From Antedon mediterranea (taxonomy: Eukaryota > Animalia > Echinodermata), in NCBI RefSeq assembly GCF_964355755.1, contig NC_092678.1, positions 9,668,252 through 9,732,251 of the forward strand: DNA of 64,000 nucleotides, in the 5' to 3' direction. Each line of letters starts with the position of its first letter. The first letter of the stretch is position 1. Of this stretch, positions 21,601 through 36,600 are shown one piece after another. The notes beneath the pieces are model-generated. The model was given only the letters and a program-made list of their open reading frames with translations, was not told the origin of the DNA and made no database searches. The position numbers and the translations under genes were made by a program.

Positions 21601-24600
21601 TTTTTATTTACAATAAATATTGTTTTTGAAAGTGAGATATTTTGAGGGTTGTAAATGTCAGGCCTAAACAAGTGAACCTTTTTTAAAATCAGAAACAAAG
21701 TTGCATTGCATTATTTTTCATTGATTTATTATTAATTTCATATAAATAGAGTATTATCAGCTTTTCAGTCATCTACTGGTTTGAGGCGTAACGGGTAATG
21801 CTCAGGTTTGAGTTCTCGCAGTAGTGGGTTCGAACCTCTACGATTTTTTTTTTTTTTTTTTTTTTATTGAAAATAAATATTGTTTTTGAAAGTGAGATAT
21901 TTTGAGGGTTGTAAATGTCAGGCCTAAACAAGTGGACCTTTTTTAAAATCAGAAACAAAGTTGCATGGCATTATTTTTCATTGATTTATTATTTATTTCA
22001 TATAAATAGAGTATTATCAGCTCTTCAGTCATCTACTGGTTTGTGGCGTAACGGGTAATGCTCAAGTTTGAGTGCTCTCACTAGTGAGTTCGAACCTCTA
22101 CGGATATTTTGTTTCTTTTTTTTTTTTATTTAAAATAAATATTGTTTTTGAAAGTGAGATATTTTGAGGGTTGTAAATGTCAGGCCTAAACAAGTGAACC
22201 TTTTTTAAAATCAGAAACAAAGTTGCATGGCATTATTTTTCATTGATTTATTATTAATTTCATATAAATAGAGTATTATCAGCTCTTCAGTCATCTACTG
22301 GTTTGAGGCGTAACGGGTAATGCTCAGGTTTGAGTTCTCGCAGTAGTGGGTTGGAACCTCTAGGGATATTACTTTTTTTTTCTTATTGAAAATAAATATT
22401 TTTTTTGAAAATGAGATATTTTTTAGGGTTGTGAATGTCAGGCCTAAACAAATGGATATTTTTTAAAATCAGAAACAAAGTTGCATGGCATTATTTTTCA
22501 TTGATTGATCATTCATTTCATATAAATAGACTATTATCAGCTCCGCAGTCATCTACTGGTTTGTGGCGTAACGGATAATGCTCAGGTTTGAGTGCTTTCA
22601 GTAGTGGGTTCGAACCTCTAGGGATTTTTTTTTTTAAATTGAAAATAAATATTGTTTTTGAAAGTGAGATATTTTGAGGGTTGTAAATGTCAGGCCTAAA
22701 CAAGTGGACCTTTTTTAAAATCAGAAACAAAGTTGCATGGCATTATTTTTCATTGATTTATTATTTATTTCATATAAATAGAGTATTATCAGCTCTTCAG
22801 TCATCTACTGGTTTGTGGCGTAACGGGTAATGCTCAAGTTTGAGTGCTCTCACTAGTGGGTTCGAACCTCTACGGATATTTTGTTTCTTTTTTTTTTATT
22901 TAAAATAAATATTGTTTTTGAAAGTGAGATATTTTGAGGGTTGTAAATGTCAGGCCTAAACAAGTGAACCTTTTTTAAAATCAGAAACAAAGTTGCATGG
23001 CATTATTTTTCATTGATTTATTATTCATTTCATATAAATAGAGCATTATCAGCTCTTCAGTCATCTACTGGTTTGAGGCGTAACGGGTAATGCTCAAGTT
23101 TGAGTGCTCGCAGTAGTGGGTTCGAACCTCTAGGGATATTTCTTTTCTTTTTTTTTTATTGAAAATAAATATTTTTTTTGAAGGTGAGATATTTTGAGGG
23201 TTGTAAATGACAGGCCTAAACAAATGAACCTTTTTTAAAATCAGAAACAAAGTTGCATTGCATTATTTTTCATTGATTTATTATTAATTTCATATAAATA
23301 GAGTATTATCAGCTCTTCAGTCATCTACTGGTTTGAGGCGTAACGGGTAATGCTCAGGTTTGAGTTCTCGCAGTAGTGGGTTCGAACCTCTACGAATATT
23401 TTTTTTTCTTTTTTTTTTAATTGAAAATAAATATTGTTTTTGAAAGTGAGATATTTTGAGGGTTGTAAATGTCAGGCCTAAACAAGTGGACCTTTTTTAA
23501 AATCAGAAACAAAGTTGCATGGCATTATTTTTCATTGATTGATCATTCATTTCATATAAATAGACTATTATCAGCTCCGCAGTCATCTACTGGTTTGTGG
23601 CGTAACGGATAATGCTCAGGTTTGAGTGCTTTCAGTAGTGGGTTCGAACCTCTAGGGATTTTTTTTTTTTAAATTGAAAATAAATATTGTTTTTGAAAGT
23701 GAGATATTTTGAGGGTTGTAAATGTCAGGCCTAAACAAGTGGACCTTTTTTAAAATCAGAAACAAAGTTGCATGGCATTATTTTTCATTGGTTGATCATC
23801 CATTTCATATAAATAGACTATTATCAGCTCTTCAGTTATATACTGGTTTGCGGCGTAACGGGTAATGCTCAGTTTTGAGGGATTTCAATAGTGGGTTCGA
23901 ACTTCTAGGGATATTTTTTTTTTTTTTTTTATTTGAAAATAAATATTGTTTTTGAAAGTGAGATATTTTGAGGGTTGTAAATGTAAGGCCTAAACAAGTG
24001 AACATTTTTTTCAATCAGAAACAAAGTTGCATGGCATTATTTTTCATGGATTGATCATTAATTTCATATAAATAGACTATTATCAGCTCTTCAGTCATCT
24101 ACTGGTTTGTGGCGTAACCGGTAGTGCTCAGGTTTGAGTTCTCGCAGTAGTGGGTTCGAACCTCTACGAATTTTTTTTTTTCTTTTTTTTTTAATTGAAA
24201 ATAAATATTTTTTTTGAAAGTGAGATATTTTGAGCGTGTTAGAGTGCTTTCAGTAGTGGGTTCGAACCTCTAGGGATTTTTTTTTTTTTTGAAATTGAAA
24301 ATAAATATTGTTTTTGAAAGTGAGATATTTTGAGGGCTGTAAATGTCAGGACTAAACAAGTGGACCTTTTTTAAAATCAGAAACAAAGTTGCATGGCATT
24401 ATTTTTCATTGGTTGATCATCCATTTCATATATATAGACTATTATCAGCTCTTCAGTCATATACTGGTTTGCGGCGTAACGGGTAATGCTCAGTTTTGAG
24501 TGATTTCAATAGTGGGTTTGAACTTCTAGGGATATTTGTTTTCTTTTTTTTTATTTGAAAATAAATATTGTTTTTGAAAGTGAGATATTTTGAGGGTTGT

Positions 24601-27600
24601 AAATGTCAGGCCTAAACAAGTGAACCTTTTTTAAAATTAGAAACAAAGTTGCATGGCATTATTTTTCATGGATTGATCATTAATTTCATATAAATAGACT
24701 ATTATCAGCTCTTCAGTTATCTACTGGTTTGTGGCGTAACGGGTAATACCCAGGTTTGAGTGCTCTCAGTAGCGTGTTCCAACCTCTAGGGATATTGCTT
24801 TTTTTTTCTTATTGAAAATAAATATTTTTTTTGAAAATGAGATATTTTTTAGGGTTGTAAATGTCAGGCTTAAAAAATGGATCTTTTTTAAAATCAGAAA
24901 CAAAGTTGCATGGCATTATTTTTCATTGATTGATAATTCATTTCATATAAATAGACTATTACCAGCTCTTCAGTCATCTACTGGTTTGTGGCGTAACGAG
25001 TAATGCTCAGGTTTGAGTGCTCTGAGTAGTGGGTCGAACCTCTAGGGATACTTTTTTTCTTTTTTTTTTAAATTGAAAATAAATATGGTTTTTGAAAGTG
25101 AGATATTTTGAGGGTTGTAAATGTCAGGCCTAAACAAGTGGACCTTTTTTTAAATCAGAATCAAAGTTGCATGGCATTATTTTTCATTGATTGATAATTT
25201 GTTTCATATAAATAGACTATTATCAGCTCTTCAGTCATCTACTGGTTTGAGGCGTAACGGGTAATGCTCAAGTTTGAGTGCTCTCAGTAGTGGGTTCGAA
25301 CCTATACGGGTATTTTTTTTCTTTTTTTTTTAATTGAAAATAAATATTGTTTTTGAAAGTGAGATATTTTGAGGGTTGCAACTGTCAGGCCTAAACAAGT
25401 GAACCTTTTTTAAAATCAGAAACAAAGTTGCATGGCATTATTTTTCATTGATTGATCATCTATTTCATATAAATAGACTATTATCAGCTCTTCAGTCATA
25501 TACTGGTTTGCGGCGTAACGGGTAATGCTCAGGTTTGAGTGATTTCAATAGTGGGTTCGAACTTCTAGGGATATTTTTTTTTCTTTTTTTTTTTATTTGA
25601 AAATAAATATTGTTTTTGAAAGTGAGATATTTTGAGGGTTTTAAATGTCAAGCCTAACCAAGTGGACCTTTTTTTAAAATCAGAAACAAAGTTACATAAC
25701 ATCATTTTACATTGATGGATCATTCATTTCATATAAATAGACTGTTATCAGCTCTTCAGTCATCTACTGGTTTGTAGCGTAACCGGTAGTGCTCAGGTTT
25801 GAGTTCTCGCAGTAGTGGGTTCGAAACTCTACGAATATTTTTTTTCTTTTTTTTTTAATTGAAAATAAATATTGTTTTTGAAAGTGAGATATTTTGAGGG
25901 TTGTAAATGTCAGGCCTAAACAGGTGGACCTTTTTTAAAATCAGAAACAAAGTTGCATGGCATTATTTTTCATTGATTGATCATTCATTTCATATAAATA
26001 GACTATTATCAGCTCCGCAGTCATCTACTGGTTTGTGGCGTAACGGATAATGCTCAGGTTTGAGTGCTTTCAGTAGTGGGTTCGAACCTCTAGGGATTTT
26101 TTTTTTTTTTAATTGAAAATAAATATTGTTTTTGAAAGTGAGATATTTTGAGGGTTGTAAATGTCAGGCCTAAACAAGTGGACCTTTTTTAAAATCAGAA
26201 ACAAAGTTGCATGGCATTATTTTTCATTGGTTGATCATCCATTTCATATAAATAGACTATTATCAGCTCTTCAGTTATATACTGGTTTGCGGCGTAACGG
26301 GTAATGCTCAGTTTTGAGTGATTTCAATAGTGGGTTCGAACTTCTAGGGATATTTTTTTATTTTTTTTTATTTGAAAATAAATATTGTTTTTGAAAGTGA
26401 GATATTTTGAGGGTTGTAAATGTCAGGCCTAAACAAGTGAACATTTTTTTCAATCAGAAACAAAGTTGCATGTCATTATTTTTCATTGATTGATCATTCA
26501 TTTCATATATATAGACTATTATCAGCTCCTCAGTTACCTACTGGTTTTTGGCGTAACGTGTAATGCTCAGGTTTGAGTGCTCCCAGTAGTGGGTTCGAAC
26601 CTATACGGGTATTTTTTTTTTCTTTTTTTTTTAATTGAAAATAAATATTGTTTTTGAAAGTGAGATATTTTGAGGGTTGCAACTGTCAGGCCTAAACAAG
26701 TGAACCTTTTTTTAAATCAGAAACAAAGTTACATGGAATTATTTTTCATTGATTGATCATCCATTTCATATAAATAGACTAATATCAGCTCTTCAGTCAT
26801 AAAATGGTTTGCGGCGAACGGGTAATGCTCAGGTTTGAGTGATTTCAATAGTGGGTTCGAACTTCTAGGGATATTTTTTTTCTTTTTTTTTTTATTTGAA
26901 AATAAATATTGTTTTTGAAGGTGAGATATTTTGAGGGTTGTAAATGTCAGGCCTAAACAAGTGAACATTTTTTTAAATCAGAAACAAAGTTGCATGGCAT
27001 TATTTTTCATTCATTTATTATTCATTTCATATAAATAGAGTATTATCAGCTCTTCAGTCATCTACTGGTTTGAGGCGTAACGGGTAATGCTCAAGTTTGA
27101 GTGCTCGCAGTAGTGGGTTCGAACCTCTAGGGATAGTTCTTTTCTTTTTTTTTTATTGAAAATAAATATTTTTTTTGAAGGTGATATATTTTGAGGGTTG
27201 TAAATGACAGGCCTAAACAAATGAACCTTTTTTAAAATCAGAAACAAAGTTGCATGGCGTTATTTTTCATTGATTGATCATTAATTTCATATAAATAGAC
27301 TATTATCAGCTCTTCAGTCATCTACTGGTTTGTGGCGTAACCGGTAGTGCTCAGGTTTGAGTTCTCGCAGTAGTGGGTTCGAAACTCTACGAATATTTTT
27401 TTTCTTTTTTTTTAATTGAAAATAATATTGTTTTTGAAAGTGAGATAGTTTGAGGGTTGTAAATGTCAGGCCTAAACAAGTGAACCTTTTTTAAAATCAG
27501 AAACAAAGTTGCATGGCATTATTTTTCATTGATTTATTATTCATTTCATATAAATAGATTATTATCAGCTCTTCAGTCATCTACTGGTTTGAGGCGTAAC

Positions 27601-30600
27601 GGGTAATGCTCAAGTTTGAGTGCTCGCAGTAGTGGGTTCGAACCTCTAGAGATATTTCATTTCTTTTTTTTTTAATTGAAAATAAATATTTTTTTTGAAA
27701 GTGAGATATTTTGAGGTTTGTAAATGTCAGGCCTAAACAAATGAACCTTTTTTAAATCAGAAACAAAGTTGCATGGCATTATTTTTCATTGATTGATCAT
27801 TAATTTCATATAAATAGACTATTATCAGCTATTCAGTTATCTACTGGTTTGTGGCGTAACGGGTAATACCCAGGTTTGAGTGCTCTCAGTAGCGGGTTCC
27901 AACCTCTAGGGATATTACTTTTTTTTTCTTATTGAAAATAAATATTTTTTTTGAAAATGAGATTTTTTTTAGGGTTTTGAATGTCAGGCCTAAACAAATG
28001 GATCTTTTTTAAAATCAGAAACAAAGTTGCATGGCATTGTTTTTCATTGATTGATCATTTATTTCATATAAATAGACTATTATCAGCTCCTCAGTCACCT
28101 ACTGGTTTGTGGCGTAACGGATAATGCTCAGGGTTGAGTGCTCTCAGTAGTGGGTTCGAACCTCTAGGGTTTTTTTTTTTTTTTAAATTGAAAATAAATA
28201 TTGTTTTTGAAAGTGAGATATTTTGAGGGTTGTAAATATCAGGTCTAAACAAGTGGACCTTTTTTAAAATCAGAAACAAAGTTGCATGGCATTATTTTTC
28301 ATTGATTTCTTATTTATTTCATATAAATAGAGTATTATCAGCTCTTCAGTCATCTAGTGGTTTGTGGCGTAACGGGTAATGCTCAAATTTGAGTGCTCTC
28401 ACTAGTGGGTTCGAACCTCTACGGATATTTTTTTTTTTTTTTTTAAATTTAAAATAAATATTGTTTTTGAAAGTGAAATATTTTGAGGGTTGTAAATGTC
28501 AGGCCTAAACAAGTGAACCTTTTTTAAAATCAGAAACAAGGTTGAATGGCATTATTTTTCATTGATTTATTATTAATTTCATATAAATAGAGTATTATCA
28601 GCTCTTCAGTCATCTACTGGTTTGAGGCGTAACGGGTAATGCTCAAGTTTGAGTGTTCGCAGTAGTGGGTTCGAACCCCTAGGGATATTTCTTTTCTTTT
28701 TTTTTTAATTGAAAATAATTTTTTTTTTTAAAGTGAGATATTTTGAGGGTTGTAAATGTCAGGCCTAAACAAATGAACCTTTTTTAAAATCAGAAACAAA
28801 GTGGCATGGCATTATTTTTCATTGATTGATCATTAATTTCATATAAATAGACTATTATCAACTCGTCAGTTATCTACTGGTTTGTGGCGTAACGGGTAAT
28901 ACCCAGGTTTGAGTGCTCTCAGTAGCGTGTTCCAACCTGTAAGGATATTTTTTTTTTAATTGAAAATAAATATTGTTTTTGAAAGTGAGATATTTTGAGG
29001 GTTGTAAATGTCAGGCCTAAACAAGTGAACATTTTTTTCAATCAGAAACAAAGTTGCATGGCATTATTTTTCATTGACTGATCATTCATTTCATATATAT
29101 AGACTATTATCAGCTCTTCAGTCATCTACTGGTTTGTGGCGTAACGGGTAATGCTCAAGTTTGAGTGCTCTCACTAGTAGTTTCTACGGATATTTTGTTT
29201 CTATTTTTTTTTTAATTTAAAATAAATATTGTTTTTGAAAGTGAGATATTTTGAGGGTTGTAAATGTCAAGCCTAAACAAATGAACCTTTTTTTAAATCA
29301 GAAACAAAGTTGCATGGCATTATTTTTCATTGATTTATTATTTAATTCATATAAATAGAGTATTATCAGCTCTTCAGTCATCTACTTGTTTGTGGCGTAA
29401 CGGATAATGCTCAGGTTTGAGTTCTCTCAGTAGTGGGTTCGAACCTCTAGGGATTTTTTTTTTAAAATTGAAAATAAATATTGTTTTTGAAAGTGAGATA
29501 TTTTTAGGGTTGTAAATGTCAGGCCTAAACAAGTGAACCTTTTTTTAAATCAGAAACAAAGTTGCATGGCATTATTTTTCATTGATTGATCATTCATTTC
29601 ATATAAATAGACTATTATCAGCTCTTCAGTCATCTACTAGTTTGTGGCGTAACGGGTAATGCTCAGTTTTGAGTGCTCTGAGTAGTGGGTCGAACCTCTA
29701 GGGATATTTTTTTTCTTTTTTTTTTAAATTGAAAATAAATATGGTTTTTGAAAGTGAGATATTTTGAGGGTTGTAAATGTCAGGCCTAAACAAGTGGACC
29801 TTTTTAAAAATGATAAACAAAGTTGCATGGCATTATTTTTCATTGATTGATCATTCATTTCATATAAATAGACTATTATCAGCTCTTCAGTCATCTACTG
29901 GTTTGTGGCGTAACGGGTAATGCTCAGGTTTGAGTGCTCTGAGTAGTGGGTCGAACCTCTAGGGATATTTTTTTTCTTTTTTTTTTAAATTGAAAATAAA
30001 TATGGTTTTTGAAAGTGAGATATTTTGAGGGTTGTAAATATCAGGCCTAAACAAGTGGACCTTTTTTAAAATCAGAAACAAAGTTGCATGGCATTATTTT
30101 TCATTGATTTATTATTTATTTCATATAAATAGAGTATTATCAGCTCTTCAGTCATCTACTGGTTTGTGGCGTAACGGGTAATGCTCAAGTTTGAGTGCTC
30201 TCACTAGTGGGTTCGAACCTCTACGGATATTTTGTTTCTTTTTTTTTTTTATTTAAAATATATATTGTTTTGAAAGTGAGATATTTTGAGGGTTGTAAAT
30301 GTCAGGCCTAAACAAGTGAACCTTTTTTAAAATCAGAAACAAAGTTGCATTGCATTATTTTTCATTGATTTATTATTAATTTCTTATAAATAGAGTATTA
30401 TCAGCTCTTCAGTCATCTACTGGTTTGAGGCGTAACGGGTAATGCTCAGGTTTGAGTTCTCGCAGTAGTGGGTTCGAACCTCTACGAATATTTTTTTTTT
30501 TTTTTTTTTTATTGAAAATAAATATTGTTTTTGAAAGTGAGATATTTTGAGGGTTGTAAATGTCAGGCCTAAACAAGTGGACCTTTTTTAAAATCAGAAA

Positions 30601-33600
30601 CAAAGTTGCATGGCATTATTTTTCATTGATTTATTATTTATTTCATATAAATAGATTATTATCAGCTCTTCAGTCATCTACTGGTTTGTGGCGTAACGGG
30701 TAATGCTCACGTTTGAGTGCTCTCACTAGTGGGTTCGAACATCTACGGATATTTTGTTTCTTTTTTTTTTTTTATTTAAAATAAATATTGTTTTTGAAAG
30801 TGAGATATTTTGAGGGTTGTAAATGTCAGGCCTAAACAAGTGGACCTTTTTTAAAATCAGAAACAAAGTTGCATGGCATTATTTTTCATTGATTGATCAT
30901 TAATTTCATATAAATAGACTATTATCAGCTCTTCAGTTATGTACTGGTTTGTGGCGTAACGGGTAATACCAAGGTTTGAGTGCTCTCAGTAGCGGGTTCC
31001 AACCTCTAGGGATATTGCTTTTTTTTTTTTCTTATTGAAAATAAATATTTTTTTTGAAAATGAGATATTTTTTAGGGTTGTAAATGTCAGGCCTAAACAA
31101 ATGGATCTTTTTTAAAATCAGAAACAAAGTTGCATGGCATTATTTTTCATTGATTGATAATTCATTTCATATAAATAGACTATTACCAGCTTTTCAGTCA
31201 TATACTTGTTTGTGGCGTAACGAGTAATGTTCAGGTTTGAGTGCTCTGAGTAGTAAATCGAACCTCTAGGGATACTTTTTTTCTTTTTTTTTTAAATTGA
31301 AAATAAATATGGTTTTTGAAAGTGAGATATTTTGAGGGTTGTAAATGTCAGGCCTAAACAAGTGGACCTTTTTTAAAATCAGAAACAAAGTTGCATGGCA
31401 TTATTTTTCATTGATTGATAATTCATTTCATATAAATAGACTATTATCAGCTCTTCAGTCATCTACTGGTTTGTGGCGTAACGGGTAATGCTCAGGTTTG
31501 AGTGCTCTGAGTAGTGGGTCGAACCTCAAAGGATATTTTTTATCTTTTTTTTTAAATTGAAAATAAATATGGTTTTTGAAAGTGAGATATTTTGAGGGTT
31601 TTAAATGTCAATCCTAACCAAGTGGACCTTTTTTTAAAATCAGAAACAGAGTTGCATAACATCATTTTACATTGATGGATCATTCATTTCATATAAATAG
31701 ACTGTTATCAGCTCTTCAATCATCTACTGGTTTGTGGCGTAACCGGTAGTGCTCAGGTTTGAGTTCTCGCAGTAGTGGGTTCGAACCTCTACGAATATTT
31801 TTTTTCTTTTTTTTTAATTGAAAATAAATATTGTTTTTGAAAGTGAGATATTTTGAGGGTTGTAAATGTCAGGCCTAAACAAGTGGACCTTCTTTACAAT
31901 CAGAAACAAAGTTGCATGGCATTATTTTTCATTGAATGATCATTCATTTCATATAAATAGACTATTATCAGCTCTTCAGTCATCTACTGGTTTGTGGCGT
32001 AACAGGTAATGCTCAGGTTTGAGTGCTCTGAGTAGTGGGTCGAACCTCTAGGGATATTTTTTTTCTTTTTTTTTTAAATTGAAAATAAATATGGTTTTTG
32101 AAAGTGAGATATTTTGAGGGTTGTAAATATCAGGCCTAAACAAGTGGACCTTTTTTAAAATCAGAAACAAAGTTGCATGGCATTATTTTTCATTGATTGA
32201 TCATTTATTCCATATAAATAGACTATTATCAGCTGTTCAGTCATCTACTGGTTTGAGGCGTAACGGGTAATGCTAAGGTTTGAGTTCTCGCAGTAGTGGG
32301 TTCCAACCTCTACGAATATTTTTTTTTTTTTTTTTTTTTTATTGAAAATAAATATTGTTTTTGAAAGTGAGATATTTTGAGGGTTGGAAATGTCAGGCCT
32401 AAACAAGTGGACCTTTTTTAAAATCAGAAACAAAGTTGTATGGCATTATTTTTCATTGATTTATTATTTATTTCATATAAATAGAGTATTATCAGCTCTT
32501 CAGTCATCTACTAGTTTGTGGCGTAACGGGTAATGCTCAAGTTTGAGTGCTCTCACTAGTGGGTTCGAACCTCTACGGATATTTTGTTTCTTTTTTTTTT
32601 TTTTTTTTAAATAAATATTGTTTTTGAAAGTGAGATATTTTGAGGGTTGTAAATGTCAGGCCTAAACAAGTGAACCTTTTTTAAAATCAGAAGCAAAGTT
32701 GCATGGCATTATTTTTCATTGATTTATTATTAATTTCATATAAATAGAGTATTATCAGCTCTTCAGTCATCTACTGGTTTGAGGCGTAACGGGTAATGCT
32801 CAGGTTTGAGTTATCGCAGTAGTGGGTTCGAACCTCTACGAATAATTTTTTTCTTTTTTTTTTAAATTGAAAATAAATATGGTTTTTGAAAGTGAGATAT
32901 TTTGAGGGTTGTAAATATCAGGCCTAAACAAGTGGACCTTTTTTAAAATCAGAAACAAAGTTGCATGGCATTATTTTTCATTGATTTATTATTTATTTCA
33001 TATAAATAGAGTATTATCAGCTCTTCAGTCATCTACTGGTTTGTGGCGTAACGGGTAAAGCTCAAGTTTGATTGCTCTCACTAGTGGGTTCGAACCTCTA
33101 CGGATATTTTGTTGCTTTTTTTTTTTTTATTTAAAATAAATATTGTTTTTGAAAGTGAGATATTTTGAGGGTTGTAAATATCAGGCCTAAACAAGTGAAC
33201 CTTTTTTAAAATCAGAAACAAAGTTGCATTGCATTATTTTTCATTGATTTATTATTAATTTCATATAAATAGAGTATTATCAGCTCTTCAGTCATCTACT
33301 GGTTTGAGGCGTAACGGGTAATGCTCAGGTTTGAGTTCTCGCAGTAGTGGGTTCGAACCTCTACGAATATTTTTTTTTTTTTTTTTTTATTGAAAATAAA
33401 TATTGTTTTTGAAAGTGAGATATTTTGAGGGTTGTAAATGTCAGGCCTAAACAAGTGGACCTTTTTTAAAATCAGAAACAAAGTTGTATGGCATTATTTT
33501 TCATTGATTTATTATTTATTTCATATAAATAGAGTATTATCAGCTCTTCAGTCATCTACTAGTTTGTGGCGTAACGGGTAATGCTCAAGTTTGAGTGCCC

Positions 33601-36600
33601 TCACTAGTGGGTTCGAACCTCTATGGATATTTTTTTTTTTTTTTTTTAAATAAATATTGTTTTTGAAAGTGAGATATTTTGCGGGTTGTAAATATCAGGC
33701 CTAAACAAGTGAACCTTTTTTAAAATCAGAAACAAAGTTGCATGGCATTATTTTTCATTGATTTATTATTAATTTCATATAATTAGAGTATTATCAGCTC
33801 TTCAGTCATCTACTGGTTTGAGGCGTAACGGGTAATGCTCAGGTTTGAGTTCTCGCAGTAGTGGGTTCGAACCTCTACGAATATTTTTTTTCTTTTTTTT
33901 TCTTATTGAAAAAAATATTGTTTTTGAAAGTGAGATATTTTGAGGGTTGTAAATGTCAGGCCTAAACAAGTGGACCTTTTTTAAAATCAGAAACAAAGTT
34001 GCATGGCATTATTTTTCATTGATTGATCATTAATTTCATATAAATAGACTATTATCAACTCTTCAGTTATCTACTGGTTTGTGGCGTAACGGGTAATACC
34101 CAGGTTTGAGTGCTCTCAGTAGCGGGTTCCAACCTCTAGGGATATTGCTTTTTTTTTTCTTATTGAAAATAAATATTTTTTTTGAAAATGATATATTTTT
34201 TAGGGTTGTAAATGTCAGGCCTAAACAAATGGATCTTTTTTAAAATCAGAAACAAAGTTGCATGGCATTATTTTTCATTGATTGATAATTCATTTCATAT
34301 AAATAGACTATTACCAGCTCTTCAGTCATCTACTGGTTTGTGGCGTAACGAGTAATGCTCAGGTTTGAGTGCTCTGAGTAGTGGGTCGAACCTCTAGGGA
34401 TACTTTTTTTTTTTTTTTTTACATTGAAAATAAATATGGTTTTTGAAAGTGAGATATTTTGAGGGTTGTAAATGTCAGGCCTAAACAAGTGAACCTTTTT
34501 TTAAATCAGAAACAAAGTTGCATGGCATTATTTTTCATTGATTGATCATTCATTTCATATAAATAGACTATTATCAGCTCTTCAGTTATCTACTGGTTTG
34601 TGGCGTAACGGGTAATGCTCAGGTTTGAGTGCTCTGAGTAGTGGGTCGAACCTCAAGGGATATTTTTTTTCTTTTTTTTTAAATTGAAAATAAATATGGT
34701 TTTTGAAAGTGAGATATTTTGAGGGTTTTAAATGTCAAGCCTAACCAAGTGGACCTTTTTTTAAAATCAGAAACAAAGTTGCATAACATCATTTTACATT
34801 GATGGATCATTCATTTCATATAAATAGACTGTTATCAGCTTTTCAGTCATCTACTGGTTTGTGGCGTAACCGGTAGTGCTCAGGTTTGAGTGCTCAGGTT
34901 TGAGTTCTCGCAGTAGTGGGTTCGAACCTCTACGAATATTTTTTTTCTTTTTTTTTTAATTGAAAATAAATATTGTTTTTGAAAGTGAGATATTTTGAGA
35001 GTTGTAAATGTCAGGTCTAAACAAGTGGACCTTTTTTAAAATCAGAAACAAAGTTGCATGGCATTATTTTTCATTGATTGATCATTCATTTCATATAAAT
35101 GGACTATTATCAGCTCCGCAGTCATCTACTGGTTTGTGGCGTAACGGATAATGCTCAGGTTTGAGTGCTCTGAGTAGTGGGTCGAACCTCTAGGGATATT
35201 TTTTTTCTTTCTTTTTTAAATTGAAAATAAATATGGTTTTTGAAAGTGAGATATTTTGAGGGTTGTAAATATCAGGCCTAAACAAGTGGACCTTTTTTAA
35301 AATCAGAAACAAAGTTGCATGGCATTATTTTTCATTGATTTATTATTTATTTCATATAAATAGAGGATTATCAGCTCTTCAGTCATCTACTGGTCTGTGG
35401 CGTAGCGGGTAATGCTCAAGTTTGAGTGCTCTCACTAGTGGGTTCGAACCTCTACTGATATTTTATTTATTTTTTTTTTTAATTGAAAAAATATTGTTTT
35501 TGAAAGTGAGATATTTTGAGGGTTGTAAATGTCAGGCCTAAACAAGTCAACATTTTTTTCAATCAGAAACAAAGTTGCATGGCATTATTTTTCATTGATT
35601 GATCATTCATTTCATATATATAGACTATTATCAGCTCCTCAGTCATCTACTGGTTTGTGGCGTAACGTGTAATGCTCAGGTTTGAGTGCTCTGAGTAGTG
35701 GGTTCGAACCTATACGGGTATTTTTTTTTCTTTTTTTTTTAATTGAAAATAAATATTGTTTTTGAAAGTGAGATATTTTGAGGGTTGCAACTGTCAGGCC
35801 TAAACAAGTGAACCTTTTTTAAAATCAGAAACAAAGTTGCATGGCATTATTTTTCATTGATTGATCATCCATTTCATATAAATAGACTATTATCAGCTCT
35901 TCAGTCATAAAATGGTTTGCGGCGAACGGGTAATGCTCAGGTTTGAGTGATTTCAATAGTGGGTTCGAACTTCTAGGGATAGTTTTTTTTTTTTTTTTAT
36001 TTGAAAATAAATATTTTTTTTGAAGGTGAGATATTTTGAGGGTTGTAAATGACAGGCCTAAACAAATGAACCTTTTTTAAAATCAGAAACAAAGTTGCAT
36101 GGCATTATTTTTCATTGATTTATTATTAGTTTCATATAAATAGAGTATTATCAGCTCTTCAGTCATCTACTGGTTTGAGGCGTAACGGGTAATGCTCAGG
36201 TTTGAGTTCTCGCAATAGTGGGTTCGAACCTCTACGAAAATATTTTTTCTTTTTTTTTTTAATTGAAAAAAATATTGTTTTTGAAAGTGAGAAATGTTGA
36301 GGGTTGTAAATGTCAGGCCTAAACAAGTGGACCTTTTTTAAAATCAGAAACAAAGTTGCATGGCATTATTTTTCATTGATTTATTATTTATTTCATATAA
36401 ATAGAGTATTATCAGCTCTTCAGTCATCTACTGGTTTGTGGCGTAACGGGTAATGCTCAAGTTTGAGTGCTCTCACTAGTGGGTTCGAACCTCTACGGAT
36501 ATTTTGTTTCTTTTTTTTTTATTTAAAATAAATATTGTTTTTGAAAGTGAGATATTTTGAGGGTTGTAAATGTCAGGCCTAAACAAGTGAACCTTTTTTA

